In this document: positions 38,091-47,663 of the stretch, one piece after another
Layout: the number at the start of each line of letters is the position of its first letter
Numbering within the stretch: position 1 is the first letter of the stretch
NCBI GenBank assembly: GCA_965248445.1
Contig: CBDFJG010000004.1
Span: forward strand, 1,760,001 to 1,824,000
Source: Planctomycetota bacterium
GTDB lineage: Bacteria; Planctomycetota; JAJSAM01; JAJVHW01
Reading direction: 5' to 3'
DNA length: 64,000 bases
The notes under the pieces: generated by a model
What the model saw: the letters and a program-made list of their open reading frames with translations, nothing else
Databases searched by the model: none
What the model was told of the DNA's origin: nothing
Position numbers and translations under genes: made by a program

Positions 38091-38300
38091 GCGGTGCCAC
38101 GCCCAGCTCGCGCGGTTCTTTGACGGCGGCGGCTCGACGCGGAGGGCGACCGGACTCGCGGACACGTCCCCACCAGACGCAGCGGCCTCGGCGGCCACCG
38201 CCTCCTCGCCTAGAAGGCGGGACAGTCGCAACGAAGCCCACTCTTTCGCAGCACCCTTAGAAGCGGGACACTGGCAACCAAGTCTGGTGAACGATGCCGG

Positions 38301-40756
38301 CTAGGCCTCGAACGCCGGTGCCATCGCGGCGGCGGTGGCTCGAAACGGGACCCACACGAGCGCGACTTCGCGGACGTACACGTCGCTCTTCTTGGGAGGG
38401 ATCTGGAGGACGTCGACGTCGAGGGTCTCGGGGTCGAAGTCCTCCTTGACCTCCTCGAGGGCTTCCTGGAACTCCTCTTCGAGTTCTTCCATGTCCTCCT
38501 GGATGCGCTCGTGCGCGTCCTCGGCGCGCGCGATGTCGGCCTTCTGTCCCGACGCGCGGGAGACGCTCTTCATCGCTGTACCGGCACGGGTCATCGCCGT
38601 CGTCTTCCTGCCAAAGATCGCTCCAAGGATCGTGCTCCCGAACGAGACGACACTGCTCATCTTCGACTGGCTGTACTGCTGCTTCTCGACCTCGATCTTG
38701 TCCTCGGCCTTCTCGACGCGTGCGTGCATGCGGTCGAGCTTCGGCTTGAACTTCTTGCGAAGCTTCTCGACAGCCAGATCGCGTGCCTCGTGTGTGGTCT
38801 CCTGCAAGCGCACGTTGAGAACTCGCCCACGGACTCGTCGCCCTCCTGCACGAGCTTGACCGCCTTGCACTGCCGGAGTTCGAGCCGTTCGTTGCGGTAC
38901 AGGTGGTCGCGCAGCGACGTCTTCCACTTCTTGAACTGCACCGCCTTCATCGCCGCAGCGGGCACGGCATCGAAGCCGGCACCTTCGACCGGAGCGTCGG
39001 AGAGCGACGGCTCTGCGGACTCGAGCCGATCCGCGTCGCCCCACGGGTCGGAGCCGACGCGCTTGCCGAGCGGCGCCAGGAGCGCGGCGTCGCGCTTGGC
39101 GCTCACCGGCGGGCGGGCGCGGTTGTACGCGATCCGCACGAGGCCGAGGAGCGCGGGGCGATAGACGATCTGGCCCGTGCCCCGACCGGCGGACAAGAAG
39201 TACTCCGGGACGCCGGGCGGGACGATGGGACGCGCTCTCTTCGCCGCCTTCTTCGGCGGCGCCGCCGCTGCGACTGCCGGCGCGGCGGCCACGGCCGCCT
39301 TGGCGACCGAGACCCTCTTGGGCTTCGCGCGGGCCTTGCGCGTCTTCATCAGCCCGCGGATCTGATCCCGCGTCAGCGGACCGGCCAGGTAGCTCAGCGC
39401 CCAGCGCGTGTGGAACATCACCGGCCGGTCCTCGTGCACGTTGTTCATCAGGAACACGCGCGAACCGAGGCCGGCGAGGGTCGCTTCCATCTTGCCGCGG
39501 TCGAACGCCTTGCCCGCTGCCGCGGAAGCGCCCTCGAGGCCCTCGATGACACGCATCTTGTCACGCTCCGTCTGCAGCCGGCCGAGGAACCACGTGCCGG
39601 CGTTCGACAGCGCCTTGTAGTCGAGATCGACCGGGTTCTGCGTCGCGAGCACCACACCGAGTCCGTACGCACGGGCCTGCTTCAGCAGCGTCAGCATCGG
39701 GAGCTTCGACGGCGGCTTGGCCGACGGCGGCAAGAAGCCGAAGACCTCGTCCATGTAGAGCAGCGCACGCAGCGAGCTGGTGCCCCGCTGCGAGCGCATC
39801 CACGACACGATCTCGTTGAGGAGGATCGTCACGAAGAACATGCGCTCGGAGTCACCGAGGTGCGCGATCGACATGACCGAGACACGCGCCTTGCCGTCGG
39901 CGGTGCGCAGCAGCTTGCCGACGTCGAGCGGCTCGCCCTTCATCCACGTCTCGAAGCCCGGCGACGCGAGCAGGTTGTTCAGCGTCATCGACAGCTCGAA
40001 CCGGTCCTCCGGCGAGAAGAACGAGTCGAGCGGGAGCACACCGATCGACTCGAACGGCGGGTTCTGGATGGCGACGATCAGCCCGGGCAGGTCGAGGCTC
40101 TCACCGGCGGTCCACTTCTTGTGGAGGATGTTCGAGAGCAGGATGTGCTCACGGCTGCGGATCGGATCGGCATCGACACCGAGCAACGCGAGCAAGCCCG
40201 AGACCGTTGCCTGCACGCGGTCGCGCATCGCATCCGTGTCGTCGCGCAGCGACTCGGACGGCGCATCGAACGAACCGAGCACCGAGACGGGCACACCCGC
40301 TGTGCTGCCGGGCGTGTAGATCGTGACCTCCGCCGCATCGCGGAACTTCTGGATACGCGAGGGCGACTGATTCCACTTGCCGAGCCCCCACTTCCAGAGT
40401 TCGGCGCGGTCCTTCGCGTACTCGGCCACGCTCATGCCCTTGCGAGATGCCGTGTCGGGGTCGACCCACGGCTCGAAGTCGTCGGGCGAGAGCTTCGGGA
40501 ACGCGAGCAGCAGGTTGCCGAGGTCGCCCTTGGGATCGATGCAGATCGCGGGGATGCCGTCGATCGCGGCCTCTTCCAGGAGCGTCACGCAGAGACCCGT
40601 CTTGCCGCTGCCCGTCATGCCGACGCAGACGGCGTGCGTCGTGAGGTCCTTCGCGTCGTAAAGCAGCGGCTGGTCTTCGTGCGTGCCCGTCTCGGGATCG
40701 TGCATCCCGCCGAGATAGAACACACCCAGCTTCTCGTAGTCAGGCCCTGCACTCAT
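38301..40756 (-). pseudogene. HerA/FtsK-like P-loop ATPase (DUF87/DUF853-like), frameshifted near 38817-38820
   Basis: GMTGSGKT, IDPKGD, YMDEVFG, ATQNPVDLDYK. The frame breaks at GAG TTC TC AAC GTG CGC and the coiled-coil C-terminus continues in the 38301-39044 frame. Confidence 0.8.
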
Positions 40757-40829
40757 CGCGTCGCTCCAGCTATTCCACCCACCGAGCCGCGCACTCTATC
40801 GCGCGTGCGAAGGGCGGAGCGAGCGACGC

Positions 40830-41225
40830 TCAGGCGGTCGTGGCCGGCGCGAGGCCGTCGAGCGCGGCGCGGACACGCTCGGCGAGCGACATCGGCGTGA
40901 ACGGCTTGGGAAGGAGGTCGCCCTCCCGGCCCTGGAGCTCGATCGTCTGGTCGGAGTAGCCGGACATGAAGAGAACCCGCAGGTCGGCGCGGCGGCCGCG
41001 CAGGTCCTCGGCTACGTCGACGCCGGAGATGCCGGGCAGACTCACGTCGGTGAGCAAGAGGTCGACGTCCGCGAGAGAGCCCTGGGCCAGCGAGAGGGCC
41101 TCTTCACCGTCCTCGGCCGCGAGGACCGTGTATCCGGCGCCCTCGAGGAGCAACGAAGCGAGCTTCCGCACCATGGGCTCGTCCTCGACGAGGAGGATCG
41201 TCTCGGTAGCTGTGCAGGCTGGCAT
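40830..41225 (-). CDS. Single-domain response regulator receiver
   Basis: ILLVEDE, LLLTDV, LFMSGY, KPF. Confidence 0.88.
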   Translation of the reverse strand: MPACTATETILLVEDEPMVRKLASLLLEGAGYTVLAAEDGEEALSLAQGSLADVDLLLTDVSLPGISGVDVAEDLRGRRADLRVLFMSGYSDQTIELQGREGDLLPKPFTPMSLAERVRAALDGLAPATTA

Positions 41226-41304
41226 GGGTTCGTCCTCGGGCGCGAAGGGCGTTCCCCGCCGGGGGCGCTCTTCAGCCTGAGGATCGGTCGTTCCGCGTCC
41301 CGCT

Positions 41305-43800
41305 TTACCGCGGGACGCGGCCGACGACGTAGAGCGCCCTGACGCGAGCCCAGGAGAGCCTGCGGCCGCGGGGCAGCTCCCGCGGATCGAGGATGATCTC
41401 GGGCTCCTGGCCGCGCCCCGGCCCCTGTCCTCCCCCGGGAATCGGGTCGAGCTCGACGCCGAGGAACGCGCAGCCCCGCTCGACGAGCAGGTGACGGGCC
41501 AGCACGTGCGGGTCGAAGTCCCCGGCGAGGGCTCCGGGCCCCGCCTTCCGCGGCTCCATCCGGCGGATGCTCGGCCCCGCGGGGTCGAACAGCTCGCGGA
41601 AGACCGCGTTCAGCCCGCGGACGAACACGTTCTGCACGATGAAGTGGTGCCGCACTCGCTCGCTCGACACGATCGTGAACCGCTCCCGTCCCGGCCCGCC
41701 GGTCATCTCATCCAGGCGGCGCTCGAGCAGGTCTCCCTTGACGGGGTCCTGGATCATCGCGAGCACGCGTGTGTGCGGCGGGTACGGCAACTGCCCCGAC
41801 GCCTCCAGACGCGCCAGTTGCAGGCACTCGAGCGCTACGACGCCGTCGAGCGCGTCCGCGCCCCGCGTGCGCGGCAGGAACAGGACGACGTCCACCGTCG
41901 CCAGGTTGATGACGGGGTCGTGCACGAGACGCGTCGAGTCGCTCCAGTCCGCGACAGCGACGCGGACGCGCGCGGACCCCGACTCGCTCCGCACTTCGAG
42001 AAGCGTGTGATCCGCGGTCGACGACTCCTCGAACGTGACGCCGGGCAGCGAGCGGGTGAACGCGGAACGTACGTCGCGAAGCAGCACGGGGACGCGCGAC
42101 TCGTCCCGCACGAGCACATCGAAACCGACGTCGCCATAGAAGACCGTCACGTCCGTCAGGACGCGCGGGATGCGACGGCTGTCCCCGAGCACGAGCACGC
42201 GCCGAACATCGTGACCACTCGGGACGAGTTCCAGTCCGTCGAACGCCTGAGCATCCCCCGCCGGCGCGCTGTGCGGATGTGCGACGAACGAGCGTCCGAA
42301 GTCCCGCACGTCGTTCCAGCGCAGGGAGACGCCGATCACGCCGCGAACGGCGTCTGCGCGCATGCGCCCGGCGTCGTCGACCATATCCGGCGGCACGGAG
42401 TCCGGTGTTGGCGCGAGCAGCACTCGGAGATCGTCGAACTCGGCATCCGGGTCGCCGGGCGGCGCGATGAACACCCCGAGCATCCAGACGTTGTGATCGC
42501 GCGCGGCGCGGTCGTGCAGGGCCGACAGGTCGAGTGAGGTTCCGGCGGCGCCCGAGCCCAGGAACCGGGCCCGCTCAGCGGAATCGAACACGTACGAGTA
42601 GATCTCGCAGCCATCCGAGGTGAGGAGCTGGCGGTACAGCCGGTAGATGCCGGCGTTGGCCATGTTCTGGGCGATGTAGTTCCCGACGAACGACCCGGAG
42701 CCGATCACGTGGGTGCGCGCACCGCCGGCGGAGCGCGCGGCATCCAGGCTGCTCTCGTGCTCCAGGTCCGCGTACAGGTGCACTCTCGGATTGCGGTCGC
42801 GCGTCGCGAGGATCGCCGCCACCACCGCGGCGTCGGGGTCCCCCGGCTGGGTGCCGAGAATGACCACGCGCTTCGCTCGTGAGACCGCTACGCGGTCCAG
42901 GTCCTCGGCGCGCACGGGGTCGCCATGCCGGTACGAGAACGCGTCGATCGCATCGGCAACGCTGTCCGGCGGACGCTCCGTCGGACCGAGCACCGCTCCG
43001 CGGAACGCGCGCAGGTTCTTGCGGTAGATCCCCGCGAACTCGGCCAGCAGGAAGTGGCTGTGCTCGCCGAGCCCGAGGATGACGGTGTGGTCGCGCGATT
43101 GCACCGGGCGCGTTCGCGAACGGATCATGAGTTCCTCGATGGCACTCGTGCCGATGCCGACGAGGAACGAGAACAGCAGCAACCCCGCGAGCGTCAGCGC
43201 GACGGACACACCGACGACCCAGATGTGGTTCGGTTCCCGCCACAGGTTGCCGGGATCCTCGACCTGCATGAAGCTCCACCAGAAGCGGCCGAGGAAGTCG
43301 CTGGGGAAGCCGTCGGGTCCCGGCGCCTCGCCGAGTACGGCGTGCAGCACGACCGCGGCCGCGAGGCTCAGCAAGAACCCGGTGACGAGGACGAACGCGA
43401 CCTGGAAGCGGCGCTCGCGCGACATGAGGATGCGCCAGAGGTCGCGCATCATGTCGCCCCAGTAGCCGAGCAGGAGCACCAGTCGCACGAGGCGGATCAG
43501 CCGCACGTAGCGGAACCCGAACATGCGTTGCAGAGGCAGGAACGACAGCACCGCGATCAGATCGAGCACGAGCAGCACCGTCTCGCCGAAGGTCGCCTGG
43601 CCTGCGCGTACGTGTCTCACGAAGACCGCGAGACGAACGAGGAACTCGAGCCCGAAGATCCCCAGGAACCACCAGTCGAAGATGCCCTGGCGGCCTCTCA
43701 AGAACTCGAGGCCGTCGATGTCCGCGAACGCGTCGAGCGGGAGGACCGAGAGCAGGATCAGGAGCGAGAGCAGGACGCGCACGAAGTACGTCGAGAGCAC
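41305..43800 (-). CDS. Cation channel: voltage-sensor-like TM module + CASTOR/POLLUX-like pore + RCK-like domains
   Basis: S4-like RYVRLIRLVR, pore FWWSFMQVEDPGN, HTVILG, GDP...DLDRVAVSRAKRVVIL. Confidence 0.75.
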   Translation of the reverse strand: MLSTYFVRVLLSLLILLSVLPLDAFADIDGLEFLRGRQGIFDWWFLGIFGLEFLVRLAVFVRHVRAGQATFGETVLLVLDLIAVLSFLPLQRMFGFRYVRLIRLVRLVLLLGYWGDMMRDLWRILMSRERRFQVAFVLVTGFLLSLAAAVVLHAVLGEAPGPDGFPSDFLGRFWWSFMQVEDPGNLWREPNHIWVVGVSVALTLAGLLLFSFLVGIGTSAIEELMIRSRTRPVQSRDHTVILGLGEHSHFLLAEFAGIYRKNLRAFRGAVLGPTERPPDSVADAIDAFSYRHGDPVRAEDLDRVAVSRAKRVVILGTQPGDPDAAVVAAILATRDRNPRVHLYADLEHESSLDAARSAGGARTHVIGSGSFVGNYIAQNMANAGIYRLYRQLLTSDGCEIYSYVFDSAERARFLGSGAAGTSLDLSALHDRAARDHNVWMLGVFIAPPGDPDAEFDDLRVLLAPTPDSVPPDMVDDAGRMRADAVRGVIGVSLRWNDVRDFGRSFVAHPHSAPAGDAQAFDGLELVPSGHDVRRVLVLGDSRRIPRVLTDVTVFYGDVGFDVLVRDESRVPVLLRDVRSAFTRSLPGVTFEESSTADHTLLEVRSESGSARVRVAVADWSDSTRLVHDPVINLATVDVVLFLPRTRGADALDGVVALECLQLARLEASGQLPYPPHTRVLAMIQDPVKGDLLERRLDEMTGGPGRERFTIVSSERVRHHFIVQNVFVRGLNAVFRELFDPAGPSIRRMEPRKAGPGALAGDFDPHVLARHLLVERGCAFLGVELDPIPGGGQGPGRGQEPEIILDPRELPRGRRLSWARVRALYVVGRVPR

Positions 43801-43950
43801 GCGCTCGGCGCCCTCGATCGTGCGCGCCCAGCGCGACGCCCGGCCCGACCCGCGACTTCCGTCTCCCGTCCTCTATCTCGGCAGGAGGCTACGGAAGACG
43901 CCCGGGCAGTGCGTGCTATCCTATCTGCGGAGCGGAGCACACCGTCGACC

Positions 43951-44868
43951 ATGGCGAACAACACTCACCGACTGACGACGCTCGTGGTGGCGCTGGCGGC
44001 TCTACTCGCGACCGCGCCGGGTACGTCCGCCGAGCGGCTCCTGGAGTTCGATGCACGCGTGACCATGCGTCACGCGCCGACCGGCACCACCGGTCGGGTG
44101 CGTCTCTCGGGCACCCTGCGTGACAACCGTCCGGCGACGTTCGATCCGGCCGCCGACGATGTGAGCGTCCGCGTCGGTGACACGACGATCTTTGCGCTTC
44201 CGCCTGCCGCGGAGCGCGGGAAAGTGCGCCGCGTGCGGCGGGGTAAGTGGCGCTATCGCGGGCCGCGCAGTGAGGGTCGCCCACGGCTGGTGGTCAACCT
44301 GAGGCGAGCGACGGTCAAGTTGCGCGTGCGCAGAGCGGATCTCAACGCGTTCGACCGTGACGCGCACACCCCCACCGATGTCGTCGTCGATCTCCGCCGC
44401 ATGACGTATCGATCCAGCGGAGAGATGTTCCCCGCGCGGCGCGGCCTCGCGTTCGCAGCGTCCGGCGGGGTGCCAGGTCTTCCACCGACCTTCGTGTTCG
44501 CCGGCAGGCTCGGCCTCTCGTTCCAGCAACTCGAAGCGAAGCAATCGATCGTCATCCGGACTGCGGCGGATTGGGCCGCCTTGTTCGAGTCGATACCGGA
44601 TCAACCACCGCAGATCGACTTCGCCGAGGACATGGTCCTCGTCTCTCCGCCCGGCTGCGCAGGCCGGGGATCCGAGTTGCCGGTCGTGAGTCACAACCAA
44701 TGGTTCGGGCTCAACGTGCGGTGGCGCCACACGGCGGACTCGTGCGTCGCTCCGCTCGAATTGCCATCGCCGCCCCCGAGCGACGTCCTCGCCGTGTGGG
44801 TGCGTGCGTGTCCCGGCACGATCAACTTCCAGATCTCGCCCAGCAACGTGATCGAGGTGAACAGATGA
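43951..44868 (+). CDS. Secreted protein with C-terminal PrcB-like domain (paralog 1)
   Basis: Signal peptide; WRYRGPR...GRPRL; VIRTAADWAALF...PQIDFAEDMV. Confidence 0.7.
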   Translation: MANNTHRLTTLVVALAALLATAPGTSAERLLEFDARVTMRHAPTGTTGRVRLSGTLRDNRPATFDPAADDVSVRVGDTTIFALPPAAERGKVRRVRRGKWRYRGPRSEGRPRLVVNLRRATVKLRVRRADLNAFDRDAHTPTDVVVDLRRMTYRSSGEMFPARRGLAFAASGGVPGLPPTFVFAGRLGLSFQQLEAKQSIVIRTAADWAALFESIPDQPPQIDFAEDMVLVSPPGCAGRGSELPVVSHNQWFGLNVRWRHTADSCVAPLELPSPPPSDVLAVWVRACPGTINFQISPSNVIEVNR

Positions 44869-45800
44869 ATCGCACGCGCATCCTGTTCGCAGCATTGGCC
44901 GCGGCGTTGCTCGCGCTGCCGGCAACGGCGGCCGACGGGCCGCAACTGACCGTCGACAAGCTCGTGATCCGCGCGCCGGCGCCGAAGGGCGATTCCGCGG
45001 CGAACCACAAGATCGTGATCCGCGGGCAGTTCGACATCGACTCCAGCATCGAGAACGACGTGCAGGAGCAGGATGTCGTCATCACCGTGGACGGCGTCGA
45101 TGTCTTCGCGCTGCGCGGCACGGAGGACCGTGACCGGTTCAAAGAGAGCAAGCCGCTGCGCTGGCGCTTCCGCGGCCGGCGGTCGGCGGGACGCCCGCGC
45201 CTCAAGCTGGACCTCTCCACGCGCACGTTCAAGCTGAAGGCGCGCGGACTGGATCTGACCCCGATCGCCGACGGGACACACACCGACATCGAGGTGACGC
45301 TCCAGCTCGGCGAGACGGTCTGGTTCGGGCTCGTGAACATCGCGCGCAAGGGGAAGAAGCTCAAGCTGGCGCCGCGAACGACGCCGCCACCCGACGACGA
45401 CGGCGGAGGCGGCGGCAGGGGCGACGCGCCGTTGCGCGTCACGCCGATCGTCTCGGGGTACTCCTTCAGCGCGCTGAGCGCGGAGAACGTCGTCATCCGC
45501 ACCGAACGCGAGTGGGCCGCGCTGTGGTCACGGGTCGGGGAGCGGGGCGCCGCGCCGCGTATCGACTTCACGACCGAGATGGTCGTCGCCGTCTCGCTGG
45601 GCCCGCGCCCCACCCCGGCTCATTCGGTCGCCATCGACAGCGCCACGGCGACGAGCGAGGGTGTCGCGGTCGCCTTCACCGAGACGGTGCGCACGCGTGG
45701 CGTGTTCCCGACGGTGATCGTGTCGCCCTACTCAATCGCGCGCACTCCAATACGCAGCGGCCGCGTCACGTTCTCAGGGCGCCTCGTTCGAGTACCGTAG
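44865..45800 (+). CDS. Secreted protein with C-terminal PrcB-like domain (paralog 2)
   Basis: Signal peptide; VIRTEREWAALW...PRIDFTTEMVVAVSLGPRPT; ATGA coupling with paralog 1. Confidence 0.75.
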   Translation: MNRTRILFAALAAALLALPATAADGPQLTVDKLVIRAPAPKGDSAANHKIVIRGQFDIDSSIENDVQEQDVVITVDGVDVFALRGTEDRDRFKESKPLRWRFRGRRSAGRPRLKLDLSTRTFKLKARGLDLTPIADGTHTDIEVTLQLGETVWFGLVNIARKGKKLKLAPRTTPPPDDDGGGGGRGDAPLRVTPIVSGYSFSALSAENVVIRTEREWAALWSRVGERGAAPRIDFTTEMVVAVSLGPRPTPAHSVAIDSATATSEGVAVAFTETVRTRGVFPTVIVSPYSIARTPIRSGRVTFSGRLVRVP

Positions 45801-45808
45801 GAGGCCGG

Positions 45809-46720
45809 ATGACCGAGAAGCACATCGCCCTGCTGACCGCGACTGCCGCGCTGTGTCTCACCGCGGCGTTGGCCTCCGTCGCCGTGACGGCACCCGACGG
45901 TCCCGCGCTCTGGGTGGACAAGCTCGTCCTGAGGACGCCCGCCCCCCGAGCCGGGTCCGCGCCGGATCACCGCGTCACGCTGCGTGGCGAGCTGGAGCTC
46001 GGTCCGCCAGCCGACTACGACCTGAGGTCGCAGGACGTCGTGCTGACCGTCGGCGGGATCGAGGTGCTCGCGCTCCGCGGCGCGGAGCGCGAGGGTCTGC
46101 GCGAGGTGCGACCGCTGCGCTGGCGCTACCGGGGTCCGCGTGACGCGGGGCGCCCGCGTCTCCTCCTCGACTTCGCCACGGGCACGTTCCGGCTGAAGGC
46201 GCGCGCGCTCGACCTCTCGGCGCTCGGCGACGACGCCGCGATCCAACTGGCGCTGCGGGTCGACACGACGACATGGTGCGGACACGCCGACGTCGAGCGA
46301 ACAGCCCGCCGCATCAAGCTGATCCGCCCGCCACCCGCCGAGCAACTGCCGCGCGCCGGAGTCGATGACGGCCCGCACTACTCCCCGTCAGCGATCACCG
46401 AGAACACGGTCGTCAGGAGCGACGAGGAGTGGGCTGCGATGTGGGCACGACTCGACGGCGAAGGCGAGCCACCGGCCGTCGACTTCGCGACCGAGATGGT
46501 CGTCGCCGTCGTCGTCGCTGACAAGGGCGCGAGCCTGGAGCGGTCGGTGAGGATCGATCGCGTGGTGGCGCGGGGCGACGACGTAGTCGTGAAGTACACC
46601 GAGACGTTCGACACGAGTCACCCGGTGTTCGCGCTCGCCGTCACACCGAAAGCGCTCGTGAGCGTGCCCCTGCGCACGGGACGCGTCCGATTCGATCGCC
46701 GCTTCCGTCGCATTCGCTGA
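45809..46720 (+). CDS. Secreted protein with C-terminal PrcB-like domain (paralog 3)
   Basis: GGAGG RBS; signal peptide; VVRSDEEWAAMW...PAVDFATEMVVAV. Confidence 0.72.
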   Translation: MTEKHIALLTATAALCLTAALASVAVTAPDGPALWVDKLVLRTPAPRAGSAPDHRVTLRGELELGPPADYDLRSQDVVLTVGGIEVLALRGAEREGLREVRPLRWRYRGPRDAGRPRLLLDFATGTFRLKARALDLSALGDDAAIQLALRVDTTTWCGHADVERTARRIKLIRPPPAEQLPRAGVDDGPHYSPSAITENTVVRSDEEWAAMWARLDGEGEPPAVDFATEMVVAVVVADKGASLERSVRIDRVVARGDDVVVKYTETFDTSHPVFALAVTPKALVSVPLRTGRVRFDRRFRRIR

Positions 46721-46913
46721 GCCGGATCTCGCGTCCGACGCGCGAGAACAACGGTCCCCCCGTAACGAACACAAGGAGCGCCCGGCGCTCCTCATCTCGT
46801 CCCCCGGATCCTCATCGACCCAGTGGCTCGGTCCGCGTCTCCACGGTCCCTTCCCCTCTGGGCGGTGTCGTATTCCGCAGAGGCATGCTACCGCGGGAGG
46901 GGGGGGCGTTTCC

Positions 46914-47510
46914 TCACTCAGACGGGACGAGCCGGAGCACTGCGCTGTTGATGCAGTACCGCAGCCCCGTAGGCTCGGGACCGTCCTCGAAGACGTGCCC
47001 CAGATGGCCGTCACACTTGCTGCAGACGATCTCGGTGCGGACCATCCCGGAGCTGCGGTCTGCGTGCTCGACGATGGAGGAGTCGCTGGCAGGCTTGTAG
47101 AAGGCCGGCCACCCACAACCCGAGTCGTACTTGTGGTCCGAGAGGAACAGAGCCTGACCGCAGCCCACGCACTCGTACGTGCCGGGCGTGAACACCTTGT
47201 CGTACTGGCCGGTCCAGGCCCGTTCGGTGCCCTTCTCCCGCAGCACGTAGAACTGGTCCGGCGAGAGGATGTCCCGCCACTGCTCGTTCGTCTTGGTCAC
47301 CTTCGCCTCCTCCCGGCCGTCCTGATTCGGCGCGGACTCCGAGACCGGAGTCGCGGCGCCCGGTCCCGCATTCGACTCAACTGAACTCGGATCCGCCGAT
47401 GGTGCTGTCCCGGTCTCAGGGGGCCGGCCTGTGGGTGGACCGCCCCCCGGCGACGGAGCGCATGCAGCGGCGAGCAGGGCCAGACAGGCGAGCAGGATGA
47501 CTGGACGCAT
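46914..47510 (-). CDS. msrB: Peptide-methionine (R)-S-oxide reductase MsrB with lipoprotein signal
   Basis: GTERAW, SGCGWPAF, HLGHVF, RYCINS; N-terminal LAAA-C lipobox and Pro/Ser linker. Confidence 0.93.
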   Translation of the reverse strand: MRPVILLACLALLAAACAPSPGGGPPTGRPPETGTAPSADPSSVESNAGPGAATPVSESAPNQDGREEAKVTKTNEQWRDILSPDQFYVLREKGTERAWTGQYDKVFTPGTYECVGCGQALFLSDHKYDSGCGWPAFYKPASDSSIVEHADRSSGMVRTEIVCSKCDGHLGHVFEDGPEPTGLRYCINSAVLRLVPSE

Positions 47511-47663
47511 GGCGACAGATTACCTCAGACCACGTCGGTCTCACCCCGGTGCAAGCGCCGCGCAGCCTCCCAAGGAACCACTTGCGGGCGCCAGGCATTC
47601 CGTTCCCGTTACTCACGCGAATTGAACGGAATGCCAGCCCCCAACTCCCGCCACAATCCCCCC

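Larger units (their letters stand above)
29365..38300 (+). mobile_element. Putative IS1380-bounded composite transposition unit (8,936 bp)
   Basis: Left end CCCGAATCGTTCACCAG; right end reverse-complements to CCGGCATCGTTCACCAG (15/17 identical); CTAG on both flanks (29361-29364, 38301-38304). Confidence 0.6.

Noticed and set aside
38211..38278. CRISPR array or integron attC site
   Set aside because: Only two imperfect repeats, no cas or integrase gene, and no attC-like dyad. No CRISPR array was seen anywhere in the window.
38301..41225. Anti-phage HerA system (e.g. with a NurA/SIR2 partner)
   Set aside because: No nuclease or sirtuin partner is adjacent; the neighbours are a receiver domain and, at the inferred empty site, a NUDIX hydrolase.
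46721..46913. Structured ncRNA in the intergenic region before the msrB end
   Set aside because: Only short GC hairpins and a G-run; nothing recognisable beyond possible terminators.
46914..47510. Selenocysteine in MsrB
   Set aside because: The catalytic RYCINS uses a normal Cys codon and there is no in-frame TGA.
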